Assembly (NCBI GenBank): GCA_963806155.1
Contig: CAWDXC010000018.1
Coordinates: 42,514 to 106,513 of the forward strand
DNA: 64,000 bases
From: an uncultured Actinomycetes bacterium
GTDB lineage: Bacteria; Actinomycetota; Thermoleophilia; RBG-16-64-13
Direction of reading: 5' to 3'
Shown here piece by piece: positions 1 through 8,906 of this stretch (position 1 is the first letter of the stretch; every line of letters begins with the position of its first letter). Under the pieces are notes generated by a model. The model was not told the DNA's origin. It saw only the letters and a program-made list of their open reading frames with translations, and searched no databases. The position numbers were made by a program, and so were the translations under genes.

Positions 1-40
1 CCCCCATAGACTTCGCGCTCCGGCGCACGGAGGAACGAGC

Positions 41-835
41 ATGCGCTTCATCGACGCCCACCTGCACACCGACATGATCGAAGACAAGCAGCTGCAGAAG
101 CTGGTCATGATGGGCATGGAGGCGGCCATCGTCCCCAGCCCTCACATGTACCTGGGAAGCAAAGACGCAGACAGCGTGCTCCTCATGTGGGAGCGCTTCC
201 TGGGCATGGAGACCACCACCGCCAAGACCCTGGGATTCGAGCTCTTCACTTCCCTGTCCGTACCGTTCTTCGGCGTGAACCACGCCGATGCCGAGAAGTG
301 TCTTGAGCGGCTGCCCGACTTCCTTACGGCCGAGCGGGCGGTGGCTCTGGGGGAGATAGGCCTAGACACCGGCACCGACTTCGAGAAGGAACTCTTCCGC
401 GAGCACTTGAAGATCGCCAAAGCCCGCGACCTGCCCGTCATCCTTCATACCCCCATCCGGCTGGCTCCCCAGGGAGAGACGGTGCTGCCTCAGGTGCTTG
501 AGATCATAGAAGAAACGGGTTTCCCCCCGGAGAAGTGCGTCTTCGACCACGCCGGGGAAGCCACGCTCGACTGGCGCATGAAGACCGGAGGCATGGTGGG
601 CCTGTCGGTGTGCTGGGACAAGATGCCCCCGGAACCGGCCGCCCGCTACGTGATCGACAACCCGGACCTGCGCGACAAGATCATCATCAACTCGGAGCTG
701 GGGGGAGAAGGTAACGACTACTTCATGGTCCCCCGGGTGATCCTGGCCATGAAGCTTTTCGGCCTGGACAAAGCTACCATCGACAAGGTCTGCTACCAGA
801 ACCCGCGGGACTTCTTCGGGTTGCCGGTGGACTGA
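41..835 (+). CDS. TatD-family metal-dependent hydrolase
   Basis: 264-aa ORF with N-terminal MRFIDAHLHTD His-rich metal-binding motif typical of TatD/amidohydrolase TIM-barrel hydrolases; clean ORF to stop at 835. Confidence 0.65.
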   Translation: MRFIDAHLHTDMIEDKQLQKLVMMGMEAAIVPSPHMYLGSKDADSVLLMWERFLGMETTTAKTLGFELFTSLSVPFFGVNHADAEKCLERLPDFLTAERAVALGEIGLDTGTDFEKELFREHLKIAKARDLPVILHTPIRLAPQGETVLPQVLEIIEETGFPPEKCVFDHAGEATLDWRMKTGGMVGLSVCWDKMPPEPAARYVIDNPDLRDKIIINSELGGEGNDYFMVPRVILAMKLFGLDKATIDKVCYQNPRDFFGLPVD

Positions 836-981
836 GTCTGTTGACCGGGCCCCGGCGAGGGCCCGCGCGAACACCTTAGGGGGCGGCGGCCCGGCGGCCG
901 GTGCCCCCGTGTTTGTGACGAGGGCCGAGCGGGCATCAGGCGGAACACCGGCCTTTTCGACCTGCCGACGGATGGGACAGG

Positions 982-2256
982 GTGAAGACTTCGGGGCAAA
1001 GCGGGCGGCCGTCACGGGCATCCAATCTGCGCGTCTTCCTGAGCCGCGATTTCCTGCGCTATCTCGGCCCTGGCTTCATAGTGACGGTGGGCTTCATCGA
1101 CCCGGGGAACTGGGCCACCAACATCGCCGGGGGCAGCGAATTCGGGTATACGTTGCTCTGGGTGATAACCCTGGGTACGCTGATGCTGATCCTGTTCCAG
1201 AGCATGTCCGCGCGACTGGGCATCGTGACCGGCCACAGCCTTGCCTACAACGTGCCCCGGCACTTCTCCAGGCCGGCGAGCGGTCTCTTCGGAGTGACGA
1301 TCGTCTTGGCCTGCATCGCGACGGACATCGCCGAATTGTTGGGGGGAGCCCTTGGCTTCCAACTCCTGTTCGGTCTGCCACTCGTTGTCGGTGGAGTGAT
1401 CACGGTGGTGCTTAAGGTGGCGCTCATCGCCACCGGACGCTACAGGCACATCGAGCGCGTCATTGTGATTTTCATCGGCATCATCGCCGCCTGCTACGTG
1501 GTCGAGTTGTTCCTGGTCGAGCCAGACTGGGGGGAGGCGGCACGCGGCGCTTTCGTGCCCCATCTGGACAAAGCCAGCATCGCTGTGGCCATCGGCATGC
1601 TGGGGGCGGTGGTCATGCCGCACAACGTCTACCTTCACTCCAATGTGGTCTTGAACCGGGATCGGCCTGTGGATGACGAGGGCCGGCGCAAGCTGATCAC
1701 CTACGAGTTCGGCGACACCGCGCTGGCTATGGGACTGGGTTGGATGGTCAATTGCGCCATGGTGATCGTGGCCGCTGCGGTCTTTTTCCGGCATGGAGTG
1801 ACGGTCACCAGCCTCGAACAGGCCTCCGCGACTCTGGAGCCGCTCGCCGGCAGCCTGGCCCGGCTGCTGTTCGGCATCGGCCTACTGCTGGCAGGCCTCG
1901 GCTCGAGCTTCACCTCCGCCATGGCGGAGGTGAACGTACTCACCGCCTATCTCGGTCGGCCGGAGGACCCGCGCACCAAGTTCTACCGCATCGGTCTCTT
2001 CGTGCTGGCTTTGCCGGCCCTGGCCGTGATCGCCTCGGGGGTCGACTCGTACCAGGTTCTCATCCTCAGCCAGGTGGCGCTCAGCATCCAACTCCCCTTT
2101 ACGATCCTCCCGCTGGTGCTTCTGGTATCCGATCGCCGGGTGATGGGGGCGTTCGCCAGCCGGGGTGTCGAGCTGGCCTTGGCTGTGGCTGCCGGTCTTG
2201 CCGTGACCGCCATGAACGTTCTCTTCCTCTACAATCTTGCCGGAGGCTCTTTCTGA
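982..2256 (+). CDS. mntH: Nramp-family divalent metal (Mn2+/Fe2+) transporter
   Basis: Nramp signature GFIDPGNWATNIAGG, multiple hydrophobic TM segments over 424 aa; GTG start at 982; stop overlaps the next gene start (ATGA). Confidence 0.85.
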   Translation: MKTSGQSGRPSRASNLRVFLSRDFLRYLGPGFIVTVGFIDPGNWATNIAGGSEFGYTLLWVITLGTLMLILFQSMSARLGIVTGHSLAYNVPRHFSRPASGLFGVTIVLACIATDIAELLGGALGFQLLFGLPLVVGGVITVVLKVALIATGRYRHIERVIVIFIGIIAACYVVELFLVEPDWGEAARGAFVPHLDKASIAVAIGMLGAVVMPHNVYLHSNVVLNRDRPVDDEGRRKLITYEFGDTALAMGLGWMVNCAMVIVAAAVFFRHGVTVTSLEQASATLEPLAGSLARLLFGIGLLLAGLGSSFTSAMAEVNVLTAYLGRPEDPRTKFYRIGLFVLALPALAVIASGVDSYQVLILSQVALSIQLPFTILPLVLLVSDRRVMGAFASRGVELALAVAAGLAVTAMNVLFLYNLAGGSF

Positions 2257-2669
2257 TGTATGAACGGATACTGGTCCCGCTCAAGCGGGACCACAGCGAT
2301 GAGATCGTGGTCGAGCACGCCGGATCTCTCGCCCGCCTCACTGGTGGGAGTGTGACACTCGTGCACGTGGTCCACAGCCACGCCCGTGACGAATCCGTCT
2401 ACCTCGAGAAGCAGGCGCGGGACTATCTGGCTACCGAGGCGGACGGGCTTTCCGCGAGGGGGGTGTCGGTGAGCACCCGCGTGATCACGGGCGAGCCGGC
2501 CGAGGCGATCACGGGCGTTGCCCAGGAGCTGGATGCGGATCTGATCATAATGGCCACCCACGGCCACAGAGAGATGCGTCACGTCTTCATGGGCTCGGTG
2601 ACGGAGGATGTCATCAGGAACGGCGCCACCCCCGTCCTTCTGGTCCGACCGAAGGACGCGCCCGACTGA
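2256..2669 (+). CDS. universal stress protein (UspA family)
   Basis: In-frame ATG at 2256 (MYERILVPL...) inside the longer artefactual ORF 1740..2669; C-terminal ATHGHREMRHVFMGSVTEDVIRNGATPVLLV is the Usp ATP-binding motif region; 4-nt overlap with mntH stop. Confidence 0.8.
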   Translation: MYERILVPLKRDHSDEIVVEHAGSLARLTGGSVTLVHVVHSHARDESVYLEKQARDYLATEADGLSARGVSVSTRVITGEPAEAITGVAQELDADLIIMATHGHREMRHVFMGSVTEDVIRNGATPVLLVRPKDAPD

Positions 2670-2670
2670 C

Positions 2671-3519
2671 CTAACCGGGAAGGATCGACCCGCACGAGCC
2701 GCAGAAGCGCGCGCTCTGAGGATTGTCGGCGCCGCAGTCCGGGCACGTCCGCGATGTAGGAGAAGGGGCGGTCACGCCCATACGACCCTCGCCCGGTGGA
2801 TTGGCATCTTTGACAGGCAGTACGACTGTCTCCTGGACCGGCATGGGGCTCCTCGGCGGCGGGGTCGCCGCCGGTGGAGTCGCGGGTGTCGCGACCACCG
2901 GCGTCGGGGCCGCCGGCGACGGACTCATCGGGATCGGCGCGGCTGGAGGGGGCGTGGCCGCGGCAGACGGGACGGGGGCAGTCGCAACTGCTTCCGCGCG
3001 CGGTGGCGCGGGCTCCGGAGGAGCGTAGGCTGGTGCGACCGGGCTCATCTGCGCCGGTGCCATGGCCGGTGTCTGCACCGGCGCCGCGGAGGCCGGCGCC
3101 CGCGCCGGGAGAGCCGTCCCGCGCAGCAGGGTGAGCACCAACCCAAAGAGGGCCGCCACCGTAGGAATGAGCACGATCACCGAGACCCAGCTATGGAACA
3201 CGGCCGCGGTCGCTACCTGGAACGCGACCACGAGAGCCAGGAGCCAAAGCACCGGCCCTTCGCGGAACATCTTCCAGGAAGCGGCAAAGGATATGAGGCT
3301 CGCGAGGAACGCGAAAGAGTATTCGATCGCCGATCCGGTGGTAGCCGAGGCGAAGCTGCTGCCGAACCCTCCAAGGCTGTCGGTGACGGCGGTGATGAGA
3401 CCGAGAGCCCCAAGCACCCCCAAGAGCAGGAAGGCCATCCCCGCAACGGCGACGAGATTCCCCAAGAGGGTGATGTAGAGATAGAGAGGCCGCTCGGAAC
3501 CTGTGGACGAGTCGTTCAT
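2671..3519 (-). CDS. membrane protein with Pro/Ala-rich linker and C-terminal zinc-ribbon
   Basis: N-terminal ~4 hydrophobic helices, ~90-aa P/A/T-rich low-complexity linker, C-terminal CPDCGAxN...CGSCG zinc-ribbon; ATG preceded by GAGGG. Confidence 0.55.
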   Translation of the reverse strand: MNDSSTGSERPLYLYITLLGNLVAVAGMAFLLLGVLGALGLITAVTDSLGGFGSSFASATTGSAIEYSFAFLASLISFAASWKMFREGPVLWLLALVVAFQVATAAVFHSWVSVIVLIPTVAALFGLVLTLLRGTALPARAPASAAPVQTPAMAPAQMSPVAPAYAPPEPAPPRAEAVATAPVPSAAATPPPAAPIPMSPSPAAPTPVVATPATPPAATPPPRSPMPVQETVVLPVKDANPPGEGRMGVTAPSPTSRTCPDCGADNPQSARFCGSCGSILPG

Positions 3520-3614
3520 CAGCCCTCGGTGACTTGACTAGCGGATCGCAACGACACGGTTCATCTTAGCACCAGCCTCCGGCCGCGCAACTGGTAGTCC
3601 ACAGATTCGACGAT

Positions 3615-6512
3615 TTGCAAAAGTGGCGAGGGGAGATAAGAATAGAGCCAACCAATAAAAGGGGGGGTGGGCTCGTGTTCGGTCGGCTCTCTTTCGAAGG
3701 TCAGGACGGTGTCCAGGAGCGTGAGCTCGACCAGGCCGTCATCGGCTTGGGGCGCGCTCCCGAGAACGACGTGTACCTTGATCATGCGACCGTCTCCCGG
3801 TTCCACGCTCGTATCGTCTCCGACGCGGTCGGAAGCAGCATCATCGACCTGGGCAGCGGCAACGGTACGCGGGTCGACGGGGCAGAGCTCGACGTCAAGA
3901 TCGAGCAGCGGCTGGTCGACGGCTCTCTCATCCAGATAGGGCCTTTTTCCATTCGCTACCACCTGGGGGCGGTGGCGCCGACCGTCCTCGCCGCGGCGCC
4001 CGGCGCTCTGCCGGGCGTTCTACCTGAGCCCGCCGGGAAGCTGGGCCAGACCATAGTGATGGCCCCTCCCGCACCGCCGCGGCTGGTCGTCACCACTCCC
4101 CAAGGAGTCGCTGAGTTTCCTTTGACGTCCAGCTCGATGACTCTGGGGCGTGATCCGGCGAACGACATCACCGTGGATTCGGACGCCGTCTCCCGCCGCC
4201 ACGCACGCCTCGACAGGCGGGACTCGGGCTGGGATATCACCGATCTGGGCAGCACCAACGGACTTCGCTTCCAAGGCAAGCCTGTACAGAACGCACCATT
4301 GGCGGACGGCGAGGTGGTCTACATCGGGCGATCGGTCGCCTTGGAGTTCCGTGAGGCAGAGACCGCGCGCGCTGCGGGCGGCGCCCCGGCGGGCGCGGCT
4401 GCGCAGCGCGCTGAGACGTTCGACCTGCCCTCCAAAGGCGCCATGGTCCTGGGCCGCAGCGAGAACGCCGACGTCACCATCTTCCATCCCCAGGTGTCGC
4501 GGGCTCACGCCCAGATCGTGCGGCGCGGCTCTGAGCTCTATCTGGAAGACCTGGGCAGCGGCGGCGGGACCTACCTCAACGGCCAGATAATCAAGGAGCA
4601 CCTACTGGGCGAGGGGGACGTGGTCCGCATCGGCTCCAGCCGCATGGTGCTGGAGCAGGGACGGCTGCGGGTGGTCGATGAGGAGGGCAACCTGCGGATC
4701 GATGCTTTCCATCTCAGCCGGGTGGTCGGTAAAGGACTGCGCATCCTGCAGGATGTTTCGCTGTCGATCTACCCGCAGGAGTTCGTCGCCATCGTGGGAG
4801 CCAGCGGTTCGGGCAAGTCTACGCTCATGAATGCGCTCTGCGGCTTCCGTCCGGCGAACATGGGGACGGTGCTGCTCAACGGGACCGACCTCTATCGCAA
4901 TTTCAGCGCATACCGGAACGATCTGGGCTACGTGCCGCAGGACGACATCATCCACAGGGAACTGTCGGTCGTGCGGGCTCTCGACTACGCCGCCCAATTG
5001 CGGATGCCGGGGGACACCTCTGTCCAGGAGCGCCGGCAACGGGTGCAGGAGGTGCTCGAGGACCTCGATCTGCGCGTGACCGCGGACCGAGCGGTACGCC
5101 AACTGAGCGGCGGTCAGCGCAAGCGGGTGTCCATGGGGGTGGAGTTGCTCACCAAGCCCAGCCTGTTCTTCTTGGACGAGGCGACGTCCGGTCTCGATCC
5201 AGGCACCGAGTCGCAGATGATGAAGCTACTCCGCCGGTTGGCCGACCAGGGCCGCACCGTCGCCCTCGTCACGCACGCCACGAAGAACGTCATGACCTGT
5301 GACAAGGTCGTATTCATGGCTCGGGGAGGCCACCTGGCCTACTACGGACCGCCCGAGGACGCGCTCCGCTACTTCGGCGTGGACGATTTCGACGAGATCT
5401 ACACCCGGCTCGAGCAGGGCGACTCTAGAGAGTGGGAAGGCCGCTTCCGCGCCTCGCCGGGGTATCGCGAGAACGTCGAGAAGCGTCTCGCGGAGATGGA
5501 CCCGGTCGCCGCCATGCAGGGCGCCGGCGCCGCATACGGTGTGGCCGGTGCGTTCGCGGGCGCTCCCGCCGCGCCGGGAGTCCGCGCACCCGGCCAGCTC
5601 CCGCAGCGTGCCTCCGATCCGCCGCGGCGGGTGTCGAACTTCAAGCAGTTCCTGGTCCTCTCCAAGCGATATCTCGACACCATGTGGAGCGACAAGAAGA
5701 CGATGGCTTTGCTGTTCGGCATCGCCCCTGTCCTGGGAGCGCTCGACTTCATCATCTGGAAGCGCGACGTCTTCGATCTCGAGACCGGCAGCGCGACTCA
5801 GGCCGTCACCATGCTCTTCATGACCTCCATCATCACCATCCTGGTGGGGACCATCACCTCGGTGCGGGAGATCGTCAAGGAAGACGCGGTCTACCGACGG
5901 GAGCGCATGGTGGGGCTGCGGGTCATGCCTTACGTGGGTTCGAAGGTGGCTATAGGATTCATCTTCGCGGTGTGGAGCGCTCTAGTGCTCTTCTTGTTCC
6001 TCATAGCCGCGGTCGATTTCTCCCACCTGAGCTTTGCCGCGACCATGCAGCTTCTGGTGCCTCTCGTCCTGGGCACGTTCGCCGGGGTCATGTGGGGACT
6101 CCTGGTGTCGGCGGTGGCGCCCAGCGAGGATCGGGCCATGCTTCTCGTGATCCTGGTGCTGGTGCCGCAGTTCGTGTTCTCGGGAGGGATGATCCCGGTC
6201 TCGGACCTGGGAGTAGCCGGGAAGGTCATGGGATGGGTGACATCCACCCGCTGGGAGTTGGGCGCTCTGGTCACCTCGGCCCAGGTCGAGAGCGGTCCGG
6301 GGGAGGCCGCCGACCTCTCCGACGTCTATCTGCCCGGGATCGAGAGCCTGAAGACCCCGGGAGAGAAGCAGGCCTTGATCAGCACTCTCCACGACCAGTA
6401 TGGCGACATCTTCCACGTGGATCTGGCGCTCTATTGGGGAATGTCCATAGTCCTGGCCGCGATCCTGCTCGCCATCATCATCGCGCTGCAGAAGCGCAAG
6501 GACACCTTGTGA
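3615..6512 (+). CDS. ABC transporter with three N-terminal FHA domains, fused ATPase + ABC-2 permease (Rv1747-like)
   Basis: Three FHA cores (LGRAPENDV..SRFHARI; LGRDPANDI..SRRHARL; LGRSENADV..SRAHAQI each followed by DLGSxNGT); Walker A GASGSGKST, signature LSGGQRKRVSMGVELL, Walker B LFFLDEATSGLD, H-loop TVALVTHA; C-terminal ~6 TM ABC-2 domain. Likely true start is GTG at 3675 behind a GGGGGGGTGG Shine-Dalgarno. Confidence 0.85.
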   Translation: MQKWRGEIRIEPTNKRGGGLVFGRLSFEGQDGVQERELDQAVIGLGRAPENDVYLDHATVSRFHARIVSDAVGSSIIDLGSGNGTRVDGAELDVKIEQRLVDGSLIQIGPFSIRYHLGAVAPTVLAAAPGALPGVLPEPAGKLGQTIVMAPPAPPRLVVTTPQGVAEFPLTSSSMTLGRDPANDITVDSDAVSRRHARLDRRDSGWDITDLGSTNGLRFQGKPVQNAPLADGEVVYIGRSVALEFREAETARAAGGAPAGAAAQRAETFDLPSKGAMVLGRSENADVTIFHPQVSRAHAQIVRRGSELYLEDLGSGGGTYLNGQIIKEHLLGEGDVVRIGSSRMVLEQGRLRVVDEEGNLRIDAFHLSRVVGKGLRILQDVSLSIYPQEFVAIVGASGSGKSTLMNALCGFRPANMGTVLLNGTDLYRNFSAYRNDLGYVPQDDIIHRELSVVRALDYAAQLRMPGDTSVQERRQRVQEVLEDLDLRVTADRAVRQLSGGQRKRVSMGVELLTKPSLFFLDEATSGLDPGTESQMMKLLRRLADQGRTVALVTHATKNVMTCDKVVFMARGGHLAYYGPPEDALRYFGVDDFDEIYTRLEQGDSREWEGRFRASPGYRENVEKRLAEMDPVAAMQGAGAAYGVAGAFAGAPAAPGVRAPGQLPQRASDPPRRVSNFKQFLVLSKRYLDTMWSDKKTMALLFGIAPVLGALDFIIWKRDVFDLETGSATQAVTMLFMTSIITILVGTITSVREIVKEDAVYRRERMVGLRVMPYVGSKVAIGFIFAVWSALVLFLFLIAAVDFSHLSFAATMQLLVPLVLGTFAGVMWGLLVSAVAPSEDRAMLLVILVLVPQFVFSGGMIPVSDLGVAGKVMGWVTSTRWELGALVTSAQVESGPGEAADLSDVYLPGIESLKTPGEKQALISTLHDQYGDIFHVDLALYWGMSIVLAAILLAIIIALQKRKDTL

Positions 6513-6542
6513 CGGACGATCTCTGATGGACGAGGTCCTGCG

Positions 6543-8906
6543 ATGGACGATCTCGTAGGCAGGACTCTGGGCAGGTACCAGGTGACCGTCCTGGTGGGGC
6601 GGGGCGGGATGGCAACCGTGTACCGGGGAGCCGATCCGGTCCTCGACAGGACGGTGGCCATCAAGGTCATGCACAGCCACCTGGCTGCGGATCCCACCTT
6701 TGTCAGTCGTTTCCGCCACGAAGCGCAGGCGGTGGCCGCTCTCAGGCACCCCAACATCGTGAAGGTGTTCGACTTCGGCAACGAGGGCGAGTCGTACTAC
6801 ATGGTCATGGAGTTCATCGACGGCCCCACCTTGGCCGCCCTCATGCAGGCCGGAGCGGCCGCCAGCAGCACCAAAGCTCCAGGCCCTTCCGGAGAGCCGC
6901 ATAGTGGTCTCTCCACCGGAGAGATCCTGCGCCTGTTCCCGCCTCTCTGCTCGGCCATCGACTACGCCACCGCCCATGGCATGGTGCATCGCGATATCAA
7001 GCCGGCGAACATCCTCCTGACCGGCGAGGGAGAGCCCGTCCTCGCCGACTACGGCATCGCCAAGATCATGGGGGCCACCTCCTACACCGTCTCCGGGGTG
7101 GTGATGGGCTCGGCCCACTACATGTCGCCCGAGCAGGTACAGGGCTTCCCGGTGGACCACCGCACCGACATCTACTCCCTGGGGGTGGTGCTTTTTGAGG
7201 CCTTGGCCGGCCGGGTCCCCTACGACGCCGACACCACCGCGTCCATCCTCGCCCAGCATCTTTCAGCTCCTGTCCCTCCCGCCCGCTCCATCAACCCACA
7301 GTTGCCAGGAGAGATCCAAGCCGTGCTGGAACGGGCCCTGGCCAAAGAGCCGGAGAGGCGCTACCAGCGAGGCGGCGACCTGGCTGCCGCTCTGCAGACC
7401 GCCCTCGCACCCCTCCCGGCCACGATCTACGAGCCTATCCCCGGGCCCGGCGCGGCCCTCGCTCAAACGGTGGTCGAAGGTCCCGGTGTGCCGTACGCAG
7501 GGAGTGGGCGGCCGGCCGTCCCCACGGCGGCGACGGCCCCGCCCTTGACAGAAGCCCCTCCTCTGACGCAAGTCCCGCTCGTGACACCAGCTCCTCAGGC
7601 TGCACCCGGCTCCCCAGGGTCACCGGGCTTTTCTCCTACGAGGGTGGAGCGAGTGGCGCCCGAGGCACCGGCGCCGGTCACCTGGGAGCAGCCCGGCTTC
7701 GCGATCCCCTCGCGCGGGACGTCGCGTCGGTGGTGGCTGATCGCCGCCGCGGCCGTGGTGGTTATCGCCATCATCGCGGTGGTCGCCGTGCTGGCCACAC
7801 GTTCGGGCGAGCAGTCGACCGAATCCACCGTCACGACGACGGATGGCACCGTGGCCTCGGATTCCACCACCGGTCCCGAGGATCGCTCGACGACCACGAC
7901 GCTGGCGGTGGAAGTGGCCCAGTTGATCGAGGACGGGGACGCTCTTGTGGAGAGCGGGAAGCTCGATGAAGGCATCGCCATGTATGAGGAGGCGCTGCGT
8001 GAAAGCCCGGACAGCGACCTGGGCCGTACCCGGCTGGGCATCGCCTATTACCTCCATGGAGGCTACTCCACCGAGATGACGGCCCAACAGCTCGAGCTGG
8101 CCACCCAGAAGAACCCGGAAAGCGCCGAAGCCTGGGCCTTCTTGGGCCTGGCCTGGCTGAGCGCTGCCTACAGTCGTAAGTCGGGCGATCTCGCGTCGGC
8201 GGAAGAAGCCTGCCGGACGGCGGTCGAACTGGACCCGGAGAGCGGCCTGGCTCACGCGTCTCTCGGCCGGGTGCTGGCCGCTTCGGACCGGCAGGAGGAA
8301 GCCCTGACGGAGATGCAGACCGCTCTGGACCTTGACCCGCAGGATCCCTGGGTGCAGGAGTCCGCCGGCTGGATCAACGCCGTGCACGGAGACTGGGAGA
8401 CCGCCGTCCCCTACTACGAGACGGCCGTCACCTACAGACCGAACTGGGCCAGCTTCCTGAGTCTGCTGGGTGAATCTCTGTGGCAGACCGGGCACTACGA
8501 CGAGGCCCTCGAGTACTACGAGACCGAGCTGGATCTGGGGCAGGGGTACGAAGCCTCTGCCTACCAGGACATCGGGTTGACGCTATGGCACAAGGGGGAC
8601 TCCCCCGGAGCGATCGAGAGCCTGAAGGAGGCTCTGGCCCTCGACGAGAACGACGACTACACCCATTGGGCCCTCGGCGCTATCTGGGACGAGATGGAGG
8701 ACTACGAGGCTGCCTTGCCTCACCTGCAGCGTGCCGCGGCCCTGGTGCCGGACAACGCCGGTTATCAGGAATGGTTGGGGGACTGCCTCTACTACCTGGG
8801 GCGCTACGAAGAGGCCAGGGTGGCCATCGACAAGGCCTTGGAGCTCGAGCCCGACCGCGAGGGAGCGCAGCGACTCTCGGGATATCTGGCGGACGAGGGC
8901 TACTGA
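6543..8906 (+). CDS. Hanks-type Ser/Thr protein kinase with single TM and extracellular TPR repeats
   Basis: Kinase motifs GRGGMATVYRG, AIKV, HRDIKPANILL, DYGIAK, SPEQ; Pro-rich linker; TM WWLIAAAAVVVIAIIAVVAVLA; C-terminal ~350 aa of TPR-like repeats (AYYLHGGY, AWAFLGLAW, LGDCLYYLGRYEEA). Confidence 0.85.
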   Translation: MDDLVGRTLGRYQVTVLVGRGGMATVYRGADPVLDRTVAIKVMHSHLAADPTFVSRFRHEAQAVAALRHPNIVKVFDFGNEGESYYMVMEFIDGPTLAALMQAGAAASSTKAPGPSGEPHSGLSTGEILRLFPPLCSAIDYATAHGMVHRDIKPANILLTGEGEPVLADYGIAKIMGATSYTVSGVVMGSAHYMSPEQVQGFPVDHRTDIYSLGVVLFEALAGRVPYDADTTASILAQHLSAPVPPARSINPQLPGEIQAVLERALAKEPERRYQRGGDLAAALQTALAPLPATIYEPIPGPGAALAQTVVEGPGVPYAGSGRPAVPTAATAPPLTEAPPLTQVPLVTPAPQAAPGSPGSPGFSPTRVERVAPEAPAPVTWEQPGFAIPSRGTSRRWWLIAAAAVVVIAIIAVVAVLATRSGEQSTESTVTTTDGTVASDSTTGPEDRSTTTTLAVEVAQLIEDGDALVESGKLDEGIAMYEEALRESPDSDLGRTRLGIAYYLHGGYSTEMTAQQLELATQKNPESAEAWAFLGLAWLSAAYSRKSGDLASAEEACRTAVELDPESGLAHASLGRVLAASDRQEEALTEMQTALDLDPQDPWVQESAGWINAVHGDWETAVPYYETAVTYRPNWASFLSLLGESLWQTGHYDEALEYYETELDLGQGYEASAYQDIGLTLWHKGDSPGAIESLKEALALDENDDYTHWALGAIWDEMEDYEAALPHLQRAAALVPDNAGYQEWLGDCLYYLGRYEEARVAIDKALELEPDREGAQRLSGYLADEGY

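Noticed and set aside
836-981. Possible Mn2+ (yybP-ykoY) riboswitch upstream of mntH
   Set aside because: The conserved GGGGAGUAG and downstream core motifs are not present; only a generic GC-rich hairpin
2608-3537. 309-aa Arg-rich ORF on the plus strand
   Set aside because: Antisense to the zinc-ribbon membrane protein; extreme Arg/Gly/His composition typical of GC-rich shadow frames
5432-7259. Long ORFs 5432..6526 (+, alternative frame) and 5982..7259 (-)
   Set aside because: They lie inside or antisense to the well-supported FHA-ABC and kinase genes; Arg/Gly/His-rich composition
7620-8495. 291-aa minus-strand ORF
   Set aside because: Antisense to the kinase TPR domain; low-complexity Arg/Gly content
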